Source of the DNA: Spirochaetia bacterium
GTDB taxonomy: Bacteria; Spirochaetota; Spirochaetia; SZUA-6; Bin103
Assembly (NCBI GenBank): GCA_965203515.1
Contig: OZ241907.1
Coordinates: forward strand, 1,504,001-1,568,000
DNA: 64,000 bases
Reading direction: 5' to 3'
The position numbers and the translations under genes are program-made. The notes beneath the pieces were generated by a model, which ran no database searches, was not told the origin of the DNA, and worked only from the letters and a program-made list of their open reading frames with translations. This document shows positions 38,359-48,328 of this stretch, in pieces (the stretch's first letter is position 1; every line of letters starts with the position of its first letter).

Positions 38359-39273
38359 CTATTCCTTGACGGCGCCGATCAGGATGCCCTTGGCGAAGTG
38401 GCGCTGCAGGAACGGATAGAGCGCCATGATCGGCAGGAAGGTGAGCACGATCGTCGCCATCACCAGTTGCCGCGGCGGGATCAATCCCTCCTGCTGAACG
38501 AGCCGCTGCGCGGCCTGCGACAACCGGTACATGGTCGGCCGCTCCAACACGTGGCGCAGCAGCATCACGAACGGCTGGATCGTGGTGTCGCGCACGAAGT
38601 AGAGCCAACTGGCGTAGTCATTCCAGTGGTAGACCGCCAGGAACAGCAGGATCGCCGCCAGCATCGGCTTCGATATCGGCATGATCACGCGGAAGAACGT
38701 CTGCGCCTCGCTGGCGCCGTCGATCAGACAGGCGTCCTCCAGCTCCTTGGGCACGGTATAGGAGAAGAAGTTGCGCATGATGATGAAATAGCTGGTGTTC
38801 ACGAATCCCGAGGCCAGGATCATGGCGACCGGCGATCCGAGCAGGCCGAGGTTGACGACCAGCAGATAGAGCGGGATCAGGCCGCCGGAGAAGAAGATGG
38901 TGAGGACGATCAGGATGTTGATCAGCCGCGTGCCGGGCACCTGCCGCTTGGTCACCGCGTAGGCGAGCATGCCGGTCACCACCACGCCGGCGCCGGCGCC
39001 GACGGTGGTCTTGACGACCGAGACGCCCATGGCGCGCAGGAAGATCTGCGGCGCGCCGATCAGCATCCGTTCGTAGTAGGTGAGGTCCGGGGTGAGCGAC
39101 GGCAGCAGCACGAAGTCGGTGCGAATGTACTCGCCGTACGGCATGAGCGAGACGACCAGCACGTACCACATCGGGTAGACCGCCACCACCGCGAACAGCC
39201 CGACGAAGGTCACGGCGAACACGTCGAACAGGTTGAAGCCCAGGCGGGCGCGCAGCGTCCGTGCGCCGGTCAT
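38359..39273 (-). CDS. Carbohydrate ABC transporter permease (LplC-like)
   Basis: FSGGLIPLY, ELEDACLIDGA and YPFLQRHFAKGILIGAVKE. Confidence 0.9.
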   Translation of the reverse strand: MTGARTLRARLGFNLFDVFAVTFVGLFAVVAVYPMWYVLVVSLMPYGEYIRTDFVLLPSLTPDLTYYERMLIGAPQIFLRAMGVSVVKTTVGAGAGVVVTGMLAYAVTKRQVPGTRLINILIVLTIFFSGGLIPLYLLVVNLGLLGSPVAMILASGFVNTSYFIIMRNFFSYTVPKELEDACLIDGASEAQTFFRVIMPISKPMLAAILLFLAVYHWNDYASWLYFVRDTTIQPFVMLLRHVLERPTMYRLSQAAQRLVQQEGLIPPRQLVMATIVLTFLPIMALYPFLQRHFAKGILIGAVKE

Positions 39274-40226
39274 TCGAAGATGCCCATCACGTTCAGGCGT
39301 CGGATCCAGCGGTTGGCGGTCAACACCAGCACCAGGCCGAGCAGGTTGAAGACCAGCCCCAGAGCGGTGGCCTGCTCGAACTCGCTGCTCAACAACCCGG
39401 TCCGGTACAGGTAGGTGGAGAGCACGTCCCCGGTGTCGTACACGGCCGGGTTATAGAGATTGTACATCAGGTCGAAGTTGGAGCCGAACAGGCCGGCGAG
39501 CTGCAGCATGAACAGCACCGCGATCGTGGGAGCGATGCGCGGCAGGTAGATGTGGCGCATCAGGTGGCCGCGGTGGGCGCCGTCGCAGTGGGCGCTCTCC
39601 ACCAGGTCCGGGTTTACCGAGGAGAGCGCCGCCAGATAGATGATGGTGGCGAAGCCGGCCTCCTTGATCGTGTTGACGATCACGACGATGCCGCGGAAGT
39701 ACTGCGGCGCGGTCAACCAGTGGCGCGGCTGCCCCCCGAACAGGCTGACGAGCCGGTTGAACGGGCTGTCCGGCTCCGGATAGAGGACGATCGACACCAG
39801 CGCGCCGACCACCACCCAGGAGACGAAGTGCGGCAGGTACACCATCGTCTGGACGGTGCGCCGGTACCAGCTCACCCTCACCTCGTTGAGCATCAACGCC
39901 AGAAAGACCGTGAAGGTGAAGCCGAACGCCAAGTTGTAGAGATTGATGATGAGCGTGTTGCGCAGCGCGCGGTAGAACGGCGGCGACTGGAACAGCACCT
40001 CGAAATTGGCCAGCCCCACCCACGGGCTGCGCGCGATGCCCTTGACGATGTTGAAGTCCTTGAAGGCGACCAGCAACCCGTACATCGGCCCGTACTGGAA
40101 CACCGCGATCCAGGCCAGGCCGGGCAGCATCAGCAGATAGACGAACCAGTAGCGCCGCAGCGCCGTCAGGACCAACTCCGGCAGGGAGTGGGCGGTGCGC
40201 GGCGCGCGGACCTGGATCTCTGCCAC
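39270..40226 (-). CDS. Carbohydrate ABC transporter permease (LplB-like)
   Basis: FQYGPMYGLLVAFKDF, YLPHFVSW and LVESAHCDGA; GTG start inferred. Confidence 0.85.
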   Translation of the reverse strand: MAEIQVRAPRTAHSLPELVLTALRRYWFVYLLMLPGLAWIAVFQYGPMYGLLVAFKDFNIVKGIARSPWVGLANFEVLFQSPPFYRALRNTLIINLYNLAFGFTFTVFLALMLNEVRVSWYRRTVQTMVYLPHFVSWVVVGALVSIVLYPEPDSPFNRLVSLFGGQPRHWLTAPQYFRGIVVIVNTIKEAGFATIIYLAALSSVNPDLVESAHCDGAHRGHLMRHIYLPRIAPTIAVLFMLQLAGLFGSNFDLMYNLYNPAVYDTGDVLSTYLYRTGLLSSEFEQATALGLVFNLLGLVLVLTANRWIRRLNVMGIFE

Positions 40227-40239
40227 GACGTGCCTGCAG

Positions 40240-40268
40240 ACCCTACGTTGGCGCCCCTGCCGGGTCAA
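40240..40268 (-). promoter_or_regulatory. Sigma70-like promoter TTGACC-17-TAGGGT for the permease pair
   Basis: Plus strand shows GGTCAA at 40263-68 and ACCCTA at 40240-45. Confidence 0.5.
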
Positions 40269-40328
40269 CCCTGACCGGCCGGTCGGCGCGGCCCGCCGCT
40301 CGACCGGGTGCGCTATGATCGGCCCGTC

Positions 40329-41414
40329 ATGGTCACCACCACGCCCCCCGTGCGCACCGCCATCGCCGGCCTGGGCCGCAGCGGCTGGTCGATCCACGCC
40401 CGCTTGCTGGCCGAGCAGCCGGAGCGGTTCACCGTGGTCGCCGTCCAGGATCACCTGCCGGAACGGCGCGCCGAGGCCGAGCGGCGCTTCGGCTGCCGCT
40501 CCTACGCCGATTTCGACGACCTGATCGCCGACGGCGCGGTCGAGCTGGTGGTGATCGCGGTGCCGAGCCACCTGCATGCGCCGTACGCGGTGGCTGCCCT
40601 GCAGGCCGGCCGCCACGTGGTCGGCGAGAAGCCGATGGCGACCTCGCTGGCGGAGGCCGAGCGGATGGTCGCGGCCGGCGAGGCGTCCGCCCGGCGGCTC
40701 TCCGTCTTCCAGAACTGGCGGTTCCGGCCCGACCTGCAGAAGGTCCTGGCCGTGATCGGCGCCGGCGCGCTCGGCCGCATCGTACAGGTGCGGCTGGCGA
40801 ACCACGGGTTCGGCCGACGCTGGGACTGGCAGACGCTGCGGCGCTTCGGCGGCGGATCGCTCAACAACACCGGCCCCCACCTGATCGACGCCGCCCTGGC
40901 GCTGTACGGCGAGGGCGAGCCGCGCGTGCTCTACGTGAGCGATCGCGTGCAGACCCTGGGCGATGCGGAGGATCACCTGAAGATCGTGCTCACCCCCGAC
41001 CCCGGCGACCCGGCTGCGGTCAAGTCGCCGACCGTCGACGTCGAGATCACCTCCACCTGCGCCTACCCTCAGCCGATGCTCCACGTGATCGGCTCGGAAG
41101 GCGGGCTGACCGGCGGCAACGGCGAGCTCCGGTGGCGCTTCGTGCGGCCGGGCAGCCGTCCCGAGCGCCGCCTCTCTACCGAGCCGACCGGGGACCGGAG
41201 CTACAACCGGGAGGCGGTCGAGTGGGTGGAGCGCCGCTGGACGCTCGAGGAGGCGAAGGCCGCCGGCGCCCCGGAGACCGAGGGCGAAGCCCGCTACTAC
41301 CGGGAGCTGTTCGACGCGATCCGCGGCGGCGGGCCGCTGCCGGTCACCGCCGAGCAGGCGCTGCGGCAGATGCGCGTCATCGAGGAGTGCCGCCGGCAGT
41401 CGGCGCTCGACTGA
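40329..41414 (+). CDS. Gfo/Idh/MocA family oxidoreductase
   Basis: IAGLGRSGWSIH, VVGEKPMA, FQNWR and GGGSLNNTGPHLID. Confidence 0.9.
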   Translation: MVTTTPPVRTAIAGLGRSGWSIHARLLAEQPERFTVVAVQDHLPERRAEAERRFGCRSYADFDDLIADGAVELVVIAVPSHLHAPYAVAALQAGRHVVGEKPMATSLAEAERMVAAGEASARRLSVFQNWRFRPDLQKVLAVIGAGALGRIVQVRLANHGFGRRWDWQTLRRFGGGSLNNTGPHLIDAALALYGEGEPRVLYVSDRVQTLGDAEDHLKIVLTPDPGDPAAVKSPTVDVEITSTCAYPQPMLHVIGSEGGLTGGNGELRWRFVRPGSRPERRLSTEPTGDRSYNREAVEWVERRWTLEEAKAAGAPETEGEARYYRELFDAIRGGGPLPVTAEQALRQMRVIEECRRQSALD

Positions 41415-41462
41415 AGCTCTCGACTGAAGCGCCTGACCGGCGGCGGGCCGCGCCAGGTTGGG

Positions 41463-42737
41463 CTAGGCGCCGGCCGTCCGCCGCGCGGCGCGGTCTACGC
41501 GGGCGAACGCCGCCGCGATCCGTTCCGCCTCCGCCTCGCCCCACGACTCGCGCACCGGCACCACCAGGTGCTCGGCGACCGCCGCATGCGCGTTCGGACA
41601 GGGAAAGGCGCGGTCCGGGTCGCCGCGGTACTCGGCGGCGGTCCAGGGGAATCCCCCGCGGGCGCCGAACACGCGCCGCTCGCGGAACCACGTGTAGGTG
41701 GCCGGCAGCGCCGCATAGGTCGGGTTGACCGGCACCCCCTCGGCCGCCACCGCGGCGCAGAACCGCTCCTTGTCCCAGCCGCCGGCGGCGCGGTAGCGCA
41801 GCCGCAGGAACCACCAGGACGGCTCCGCGCCGTCGAGCGTCTCCGGCACCTGCAACGACGGCACGCCGGCCAGCCGCGCCGCCAGCGCGCGCACGAAGGC
41901 GCGGCGGCGCTCGACCGCCGCCGGCAGCTTGGCAAGCTGCGCGCGGCCGATCGCGGCGCTCAGCTCGTCCTGGTTGAAGTTGAGCGATGCCAGGTAGTTG
42001 CGCCCCGCCGGCAGCGTGTCCCCGAACGGCTTGCCGCGGTCGGCGGCGCCGCGGATCCGGCGGTACAGGTGCGGATCGCGGGTGAACAGCACGCCGCCCT
42101 GGCCGCCGGTGGAATGGTGCTTGCCCCACATGGTGGAGAAGCAGGAGACGGTGCCGAAGCTCCCGGCCGGCGCGCCGCCGATGCGGGCGCCGTGCGCCTG
42201 CGCGCAGTCTTCGATCAGCGGCACGCCGTGCCGCTCGGCAAGGCGGGCGATCGGCTCGACCGGCGCCGGCTCCCCCGCTACGTGGGCGACGACCACGGCG
42301 CCGGTCAGCGGCCCCATCACCGCTTCGACCTGCTCGGGGCCGCAGTTGAAGGAGCCGGGGGCGGTGTCGGCCACCACCGGGATGCAGCCGAGCAGCGGCA
42401 CCGGCATGATGCCGCCGGGATCGGTGATCGCCGGCACCACCACCTCCGTGAACGGCTCCACGCCGAGCGCTCGCAGCGCGACGTAGAGGGCCGCGGTGCC
42501 GGAGTTGACCGCGTCGGCGTACCCGCCGCCGAGCGTAGCGGCGAACTCCGCGCAGTACGCCTCCTCCTCCGGGCCGCCGTACTCGATCGCCGCACCGGCG
42601 GCGATGGCGCGATCGAGCACGCCGAGCACGGCGGCGCGCTCCTCGGCGCCGATCAGGCCGCGCTCCGGCAGGCCGGTGACCACCGGCCTGCCGCCGTCGA
42701 TGGCGAGCAGGTCGCCCGCCGCTCCGTCTTTACCCAT
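41463..42737 (-). CDS. DegT/DnrJ/EryC1/StrS family PLP aminotransferase
   Basis: LAIDGGRPV, VNSGTAAL, IEDCAQAHGA and FSTMWGKHHSTGGQGG (PLP lysine). Confidence 0.9.
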   Translation of the reverse strand: MGKDGAAGDLLAIDGGRPVVTGLPERGLIGAEERAAVLGVLDRAIAAGAAIEYGGPEEEAYCAEFAATLGGGYADAVNSGTAALYVALRALGVEPFTEVVVPAITDPGGIMPVPLLGCIPVVADTAPGSFNCGPEQVEAVMGPLTGAVVVAHVAGEPAPVEPIARLAERHGVPLIEDCAQAHGARIGGAPAGSFGTVSCFSTMWGKHHSTGGQGGVLFTRDPHLYRRIRGAADRGKPFGDTLPAGRNYLASLNFNQDELSAAIGRAQLAKLPAAVERRRAFVRALAARLAGVPSLQVPETLDGAEPSWWFLRLRYRAAGGWDKERFCAAVAAEGVPVNPTYAALPATYTWFRERRVFGARGGFPWTAAEYRGDPDRAFPCPNAHAAVAEHLVVPVRESWGEAEAERIAAAFARVDRAARRTAGA

Positions 42738-42825
42738 GGCGCGCCAGTCTAATCTATCCGCGCCGGCCGGCCTTGCACGCTGCTTGCAGAGTCGGGCAGT
42801 TCTCACTACTATGCGAATCGGAACC

Positions 42826-43998
42826 GTGAACCCCGCGATCACCCTGGGCATGGAGGAAGAGTTCTTCCTGGTCGACCCGGCTACCCGCGACCTGTTGGCC
42901 GACCCCGTCCCCGAGATCCTGGCCTCCTGCGATCGACAGCGCGGGCCGCACCGCGTCGTTCCGGAGTTTCTCCGCTCCCAGCTCGAGACCAACACCCGCG
43001 TCTGCGCCTCGGTCGCCGAGGTCCGCGACGCGCTGGTGGAGACGCGCCGGCTGGTCATCGAGTCGGCCGACCGGCACGGCGCCGCGGTGATCGCCTCCTC
43101 CACCCATCCCTTCGCCTCGTGGGAGGAACAGGCGCCGACGCGCAAAGAGCGCTACGAGCGGTTCGCGGCCACGTACCAGGAGTCGGTCCGACGGCTCCTC
43201 ATCAGCGGCATGCACGTCCACGCCGGCTTCGGCGACCCGGACGAACGGATCAAGGTCATGACCGCGTTGCGCCGCTACCTGCCCCTGTTCCACGCCCTGT
43301 CGACCTCGTCGCCGTTCAACGCCGGCCACTTCACCGGGTTCAAGTCCTATCGGCTCAACATGTTCGGCGTCCTCCCCCGCACCAGTCTGCCGGCGCCGCT
43401 CTACTCGCGGGCGCAGTACGACTGGCTGGTGAACGACTACCGGCAGATGGAGTTCATCCAGGACGGCAGCGAACTGTGGTGGGACATCCGCCCCGCGCAC
43501 GCGCACCCGACCGTGGAGTTGCGCATCTGCGACATGTGCCCCCGCATCGACGACACGGTCTGCATCGTGGCGCTCTACGCATCCCTCATCCGTATGCTCC
43601 TGCGGCAGGCTCGGGCCGGCACGCTTCCCCCCGAGCCGCGCACCGAGATCATCGCCGAGAATCGCTGGCTGGCGAGCCGCTACGGAGTGTTCGCGTTTCT
43701 GGGCGATCCCGCCGCCCGCGGGCGCCTGGACATCGACGAGTACGCGGAGGAGCTGGTCGCGAAGTTGGCCGACGATGCGCGCGTGCTCGGCTGCCATGAC
43801 GATCTGCTCCGCGTACCGGCGATCATCCGCGAAGGGACCAGCGCCGACCGGCAGATCGATCTCTATCGGCTCCGGCGCCTGGAAGGCGCGACGGAGACGG
43901 AAGCTCTGCATTCGGTCGTCGATCTGGTGACCGCCGAAACCCGGGAGGGAGTCACCGATTCCCGATCCGAGCGCGAACCGCCCCGCGCCGGCGTGTGA
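42826..43998 (+). CDS. Carboxylate-amine ligase YbdK / glutamate-cysteine ligase 2 family
   Basis: TLGMEEEFFLVD, GMHVHAG, STSSPF and WWDIRP..TVELRICD; upstream TTGCAG-17-TACTAT (42784-42812). Confidence 0.9.
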   Translation: MNPAITLGMEEEFFLVDPATRDLLADPVPEILASCDRQRGPHRVVPEFLRSQLETNTRVCASVAEVRDALVETRRLVIESADRHGAAVIASSTHPFASWEEQAPTRKERYERFAATYQESVRRLLISGMHVHAGFGDPDERIKVMTALRRYLPLFHALSTSSPFNAGHFTGFKSYRLNMFGVLPRTSLPAPLYSRAQYDWLVNDYRQMEFIQDGSELWWDIRPAHAHPTVELRICDMCPRIDDTVCIVALYASLIRMLLRQARAGTLPPEPRTEIIAENRWLASRYGVFAFLGDPAARGRLDIDEYAEELVAKLADDARVLGCHDDLLRVPAIIREGTSADRQIDLYRLRRLEGATETEALHSVVDLVTAETREGVTDSRSEREPPRAGV

Positions 43999-44028
43999 CG
44001 CGCAACCGGCGGCATGGCGCTCGCGCGC

Positions 44029-45846
44029 CTACCCGCCGCCGGCGCCATCCTCCTCGTAGATCGCCTGCCCCCGATGCAGGCGCCGCGCGATCAGGGCCGT
44101 GCTCAGGCCGGCGCGCCGCGTCGGACAGTGCGCGGCCAGGTTGCGCGCCACGCCGACCATCAGGTGCTCCCGCTCCGGGCCGTCCCCCCAGAGCCGTCCC
44201 TGCGCCACCGCCGCTTCCAGTACCTGCAGGCTGTGGAAGTCGAGGTCCTCGCGCACCGTCGCGTGCGCCAGCGTATCGATCAGCCGCTCCGGGGAGCCGC
44301 CCGTGCGCAGATAGCGGGCGGTCAGCGCGTCCGCCTGACCGGGAACGCTGCGGCGGTCCATGGTATCGAGCAGGCGGTCGAGCAGCTCCTGCGGTTCCGC
44401 CGGCAGCGCGTCCAGGCCGTCCCGCTCGCCCGGCAGTCGGGCCGGCGGCACGTTCAGGAACCGGTCGGCGTGTACCGCCAGCGCCGCCTGCACGATCGCC
44501 GCCGCCGTGCGCGTGGTCGGGTTGCGCCGGACGGCCCGGTCCACGGCGTTGGCAAAGATGAAGGTGTGCTGCGCGCTGAACCAGTCGCCTACGTCGTTGG
44601 AGGCCGAGAAGCGCGCCAGACGCAGGCCGGCCGCGTAGGCGACCACGGCCGACAGCGTCCGGGGGGCGATCCCGCCGGCGAAGGCATCGGCGATCGCCGC
44701 CACCAGCGCCGGCCCGTCATCGCCGAGCAGGACCGGCAGCAGCCGGCCCGCCGTTTCACGCGCCCGCGCCGCGTCGTCCGCTCCGGCGGCCGACCCGTCT
44801 GCGGCCGAACCGTCCGCGGCCGCCGCGTTCCGGCCCGATTCCAGCAGGCCCGGCAGCGATCGCTCCACCTCGCGGGCTGCGCTCACCAGATCGACCGGGT
44901 GCCGCCAGGCGCTTCCCTCCTCCTCGCCGCGCGCCGCGGCGATCCGGCCGGCCAGGAGCGCCACGTGGGTCTCCGCATCGCCGGCGCCGACGTGATCGAG
45001 CAGCTCGAATACCTTGTTGCACGAATCGAGCAAGTGGCCGCCCTCCGCGTAGAGCCGCTGCGCCGCCGCGCCGCACAGCAGTCCGGCGGCGTCGCGCGCG
45101 CGGAGCGTTCGCAGCGCGGTCGCCAACGTGCGCTCGATCCCGTCGGCGTGGCGCGCGGCGACGAACGTCTCCAGCCAGCGGGACAGCTCGTCGAGCCGGC
45201 GGCCGTCGCCGTCGAGCGCCCCGCGCAGGCGGTGCGGCACCGCCCCGGCCGCCTCCGCGGCGACCTGCCGGGTCGCGTAGCAGAGCGCCAGATAGCGCGT
45301 ATCCTCGCTCAGGTACGGCGCGAGGTTCGCCACGCAGGTGAGGCGCACCAACCCCTCGCCCCACCTCGCCAGCCTGCGGGCGGCGAAGCCGGCGACGGTG
45401 GCGATCACCCCGGCCGCGTCCTGACCGCCGTCCAGGAGCCCGAGCAGCGCCTTGGCCTGGATCAGTCCCACGCCGATATCGAGCCCGCGCTGCAGGCGCC
45501 GTCCGTAGAAGGCCGCATCGGCGCGCCGGCGCGGAGTCCGGGAGACCATGACCTGTCCATCGACGATCCGCACCTCGTAGGAGGGTACGTCGTCGGCGAA
45601 CAGGTCGAACGCGCAGCCGCTGGCGGCGTCGAACCGGGCGTGGTGCCAGTGACAGGTCAGGATGCCGTCGCGGAGCGAGCCGCGGTGCAGCGGAAACCCC
45701 ATGTGCGGGCAGCGGTTGTCCACGGCCGCCAGGCGGTCGCCGTCGGCGAATACCGCGATCGTGACCCCGTCACCCTCGACCAGGACGACCCCCTTGGCGC
45801 GCACCGACTCGACCGTGCCCGCCGCAACGTACCGTTCATCGACCAT
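44029..45846 (-). CDS. Rieske [2Fe-2S] ferredoxin fused to a large helical domain
   Basis: NRCPHMGFPL..LTCHWHHARFD at the N-terminus, followed by ~500 aa of uncharacterised helical sequence. Confidence 0.85.
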   Translation of the reverse strand: MVDERYVAAGTVESVRAKGVVLVEGDGVTIAVFADGDRLAAVDNRCPHMGFPLHRGSLRDGILTCHWHHARFDAASGCAFDLFADDVPSYEVRIVDGQVMVSRTPRRRADAAFYGRRLQRGLDIGVGLIQAKALLGLLDGGQDAAGVIATVAGFAARRLARWGEGLVRLTCVANLAPYLSEDTRYLALCYATRQVAAEAAGAVPHRLRGALDGDGRRLDELSRWLETFVAARHADGIERTLATALRTLRARDAAGLLCGAAAQRLYAEGGHLLDSCNKVFELLDHVGAGDAETHVALLAGRIAAARGEEEGSAWRHPVDLVSAAREVERSLPGLLESGRNAAAADGSAADGSAAGADDAARARETAGRLLPVLLGDDGPALVAAIADAFAGGIAPRTLSAVVAYAAGLRLARFSASNDVGDWFSAQHTFIFANAVDRAVRRNPTTRTAAAIVQAALAVHADRFLNVPPARLPGERDGLDALPAEPQELLDRLLDTMDRRSVPGQADALTARYLRTGGSPERLIDTLAHATVREDLDFHSLQVLEAAVAQGRLWGDGPEREHLMVGVARNLAAHCPTRRAGLSTALIARRLHRGQAIYEEDGAGGG

Positions 45847-45958
45847 CGCGCGCCCCCTTCCCTCCCGTTTGTACCCTGTTATCCGGCGAGCCGCCATACC
45901 GGCGCGCCTGCCCGTCCGGTGAGTTGTGACGCACGCGAGCGCCGCGCGCGGCGGCGGG

Positions 45959-46864
45959 TCAGCGTTCGCGCCGCGCCGCCAGCAGCGCCCCGCCCGTGGC
46001 CAGCACGACGCCGGCGACGGCCGGCCCACCCACCCGGTCGCCGCGCAGCAGAACGCCCAGCAGCAGCGCCACCACCGGGATCAGGTAGGTGATGAACGAG
46101 GCTCGCACCGAACCGGCGCGGCCCACCAGGGTGCCCATGATCCAGTAGGCGGCTCCGGTGCCCACGACGCCGATCGCCAGCACCGCGAACAACGCCGGCC
46201 AGGCGAACGCGGAGCCGCCCAGTCCGTACAGGCCGTACGGCGCGGTCCACAGCGCCCCGAGCGCCACGATGCGCGCCATCACCGGCACCGCTCCGTAGCG
46301 CTGCTGCAGCGGCACGGCCAAGTTGACCGCCACGCCGTAGCAGAGGGTCGCGCACAGGATCAACGCGACGCCGGCGGCGCTGGTGGCGCCGGGCGCCGCG
46401 GTCGACCAGGCGATCGCCGTCACGCCGGCCGATCCGATCAGCAGCCCGGCGAGCCGCGCCGGCCGCGGCGCGCGCCGCAGCAGCGCGGTGGACAGGATCG
46501 CGGCGAAGATCGGCATCGCCCCGTTGAGCATGCCGGTGAGCGCCGAGTTCACCCACTGCTGGGCGATCGGGAAGATCGTGAACGGCGCCGCGACCCAGAC
46601 GAACGACAGCACCACGACCCGCAGGCGGTCCTCGGCCGCCAGCGGCCGGCGCGCGGCCGGCACCAGCCACAGCGTGGCCGCCCCGCCGGCCACCCGCAGG
46701 AAGGTGATCAGGCCGGGCCGAAACGCATCGAGGGCGATGTCGATGAGCAGGAACGACGCGCCCCAGATCGTCGATATCGAACAGAACAACGCCCAATCGG
46801 CTGCGGTGAAGGCTCCGGGGTTGGCGCTGTCCGCGGTGCTGAAGAGCCGCCTACCGGCGCCCAT
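45959..46864 (-). CDS. EamA/DMT family transporter
   Basis: IWGASFLLI, about 10 TM segments, and ASFITYLIPVVALLLG. Confidence 0.9.
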   Translation of the reverse strand: MGAGRRLFSTADSANPGAFTAADWALFCSISTIWGASFLLIDIALDAFRPGLITFLRVAGGAATLWLVPAARRPLAAEDRLRVVVLSFVWVAAPFTIFPIAQQWVNSALTGMLNGAMPIFAAILSTALLRRAPRPARLAGLLIGSAGVTAIAWSTAAPGATSAAGVALILCATLCYGVAVNLAVPLQQRYGAVPVMARIVALGALWTAPYGLYGLGGSAFAWPALFAVLAIGVVGTGAAYWIMGTLVGRAGSVRASFITYLIPVVALLLGVLLRGDRVGGPAVAGVVLATGGALLAARRER

Positions 46865-47798
46865 GCGCCGGACCGGTCGGCAGCCCGACCTCCTCCAGCA
46901 GCGCCGGAATCCGCTCCTTGTCCGTCGCGTCCGGGGAACGGAACGGAGCCGACACCGTGTCGTGCTCGATGATCCCCATCAGCTTGAGCGCGGCCTTGAG
47001 TCCGGCGTAGCCGATCCCGCTGCTCCCGGCGCGCAGCCGCGTCACCCGCGCGGCGGCGAGCACCCGTTCGAGGCGGCGTTCGGCGGTCTCCCGATCGCCG
47101 CGCTGGCCGGCCTCCCAGGCGTCGGCCAGCGCGCGCGGAATCAGGTTGCCGATCCCGGGGACGATGCCGTGAGCGCCGGTGCCGGCCATGGCGGCGCGCC
47201 AGACGGAGCCGACCAGCCGGTACAGGGCGAGCCGACGCATGCGGCAGAGCATGACGAGCTGCGCGAACGTCTCGCCCCCGCCGGAGCTGTCCTTGACCCC
47301 CGCCGCGGTGCCGTCGGCGGCCAGCGCGGCGATCGTGTCCGGCTCCACCGTCACCTTGACGGTGGAGGGGATGTTGTAGACCCACAGCGGTTGGCCGCAG
47401 CGGTCGGCGATGGCGCGGAAGTGGTCGATCAGCTCGTCCTGCGTGTGGTGGTAGTAGTACGGCGGGGTGGCGGCGATGCCGGTGAGCGGGCAGTCGCGAA
47501 GCGCCTCCGCGCCGGCGATGGCGGCGCGGGTGGCGGGGGCCGAGACGTTGCCGATCACCGGCACGCGGCCGGCCGCCTGCTCGACGACGGTCTCGATCAC
47601 CAAGCGGCGGGCGTCCGCATCGAGCGCCGCGAACTCGCCCGTGGTGCCGGCCGCCCAGATGCCGTGCACGCCGCCGTCGATGAGGTAGTCGGTGAGCCGC
47701 CGCAGCGAGGCGACGTCGACCGCTTCGTCCGGCGTGAGCGGAGTCAGAATCGGCACGACCACGCCGCGCACGGCGCCGCGCCCTGCTTCGTGTCTCAT
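46851..47798 (-). CDS. Dihydrodipicolinate synthase (DapA/NanA/KDG aldolase) family protein
   Basis: PILTPL, GTTGEF, PPYYY, VYNIP and GVKDSSG. Confidence 0.85.
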   Translation of the reverse strand: MRHEAGRGAVRGVVVPILTPLTPDEAVDVASLRRLTDYLIDGGVHGIWAAGTTGEFAALDADARRLVIETVVEQAAGRVPVIGNVSAPATRAAIAGAEALRDCPLTGIAATPPYYYHHTQDELIDHFRAIADRCGQPLWVYNIPSTVKVTVEPDTIAALAADGTAAGVKDSSGGGETFAQLVMLCRMRRLALYRLVGSVWRAAMAGTGAHGIVPGIGNLIPRALADAWEAGQRGDRETAERRLERVLAAARVTRLRAGSSGIGYAGLKAALKLMGIIEHDTVSAPFRSPDATDKERIPALLEEVGLPTGPAHGRR

Positions 47799-47820
47799 CG
47801 ATGGTGCTCCCCGGTTCGTT

Positions 47821-47893
47821 TGAGCCGCGACGGATTCGAACCGTCGACCCACAGCTTAAAAGGCTGTTGCTCTACCACCTGAGCTAGCGGCCC
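47821..47893 (-). tRNA. tRNA-Lys (anticodon TTT), CCA not encoded
   Basis: GGGCCGCTAGCTCAGGTGGTAGAGCAACAGCCTTTTAAGCTGTGGGTCGACGGTTCGAATCCGTCGCGGCTCA folds as a full cloverleaf. Confidence 0.97.
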
Positions 47894-47926
47894 GTATGAC
47901 ACCGTATGACGTCGAGCCCTGCGGCG

Positions 47927-48328
47927 CTAGGTAGCCTCCGGCAGAGCCGGCGCGCCGCCGGAATCGGTTGCGGAGGGGTCGTCGCCCATGATGCAGCGCC
48001 CGTTGAGCCGGCCGCCGCTCTCCATCGCCAGCTCCGGAGTGGTGACGTCGCCGACCACGGCCGCGGTCGAGTAGAGCTCGACGCCGGCCCGCGCGGTCAC
48101 GTCGCCGCGGACCCGCCCCTTGCAGCGCAGGCGCTCCACTTCGACCTGCGCGGACACCGTGGCGTGCTCGTCGACGTAGAGTATCCCGGAAGCGGTGACC
48201 CGGCCCTTCAGGTCGCCCTTGACGATCAGCGAACGCTCGAACGTCACCTCGCCCTCGAACTCCACGTCCTCGCCCAACACCGTATCGATGGAGTCGTCAT
48301 CGAACTCCAAAAGCCTTCGATCGGACAC
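47927..48328 (-). CDS. Bactofilin (polymer-forming cytoskeletal protein)
   Basis: DTVLGEDVEFEGEVTF..GDLKG..GRVRGDV..LAMESGGRLNG; GGAGG RBS; upstream TTGCAG-17-CAGACT (48377-48349). Confidence 0.9.
   Translation of the reverse strand: MSDRRLLEFDDDSIDTVLGEDVEFEGEVTFERSLIVKGDLKGRVTASGILYVDEHATVSAQVEVERLRCKGRVRGDVTARAGVELYSTAAVVGDVTTPELAMESGGRLNGRCIMGDDPSATDSGGAPALPEAT

Noticed and set aside
47799..47893. Prophage or integrative element at tRNA-Lys
   Set aside because: No integrase, phage genes or second att copy in the window; the 11-bp match at 50618 lies inside the IS and is probably chance.
46851..47893. Lysine-regulatory link (tRNA-Lys next to dapA)
   Set aside because: The protein is assignable only to the DapA superfamily and no other lysine genes or riboswitch are present; the symbol dapA is not justified.
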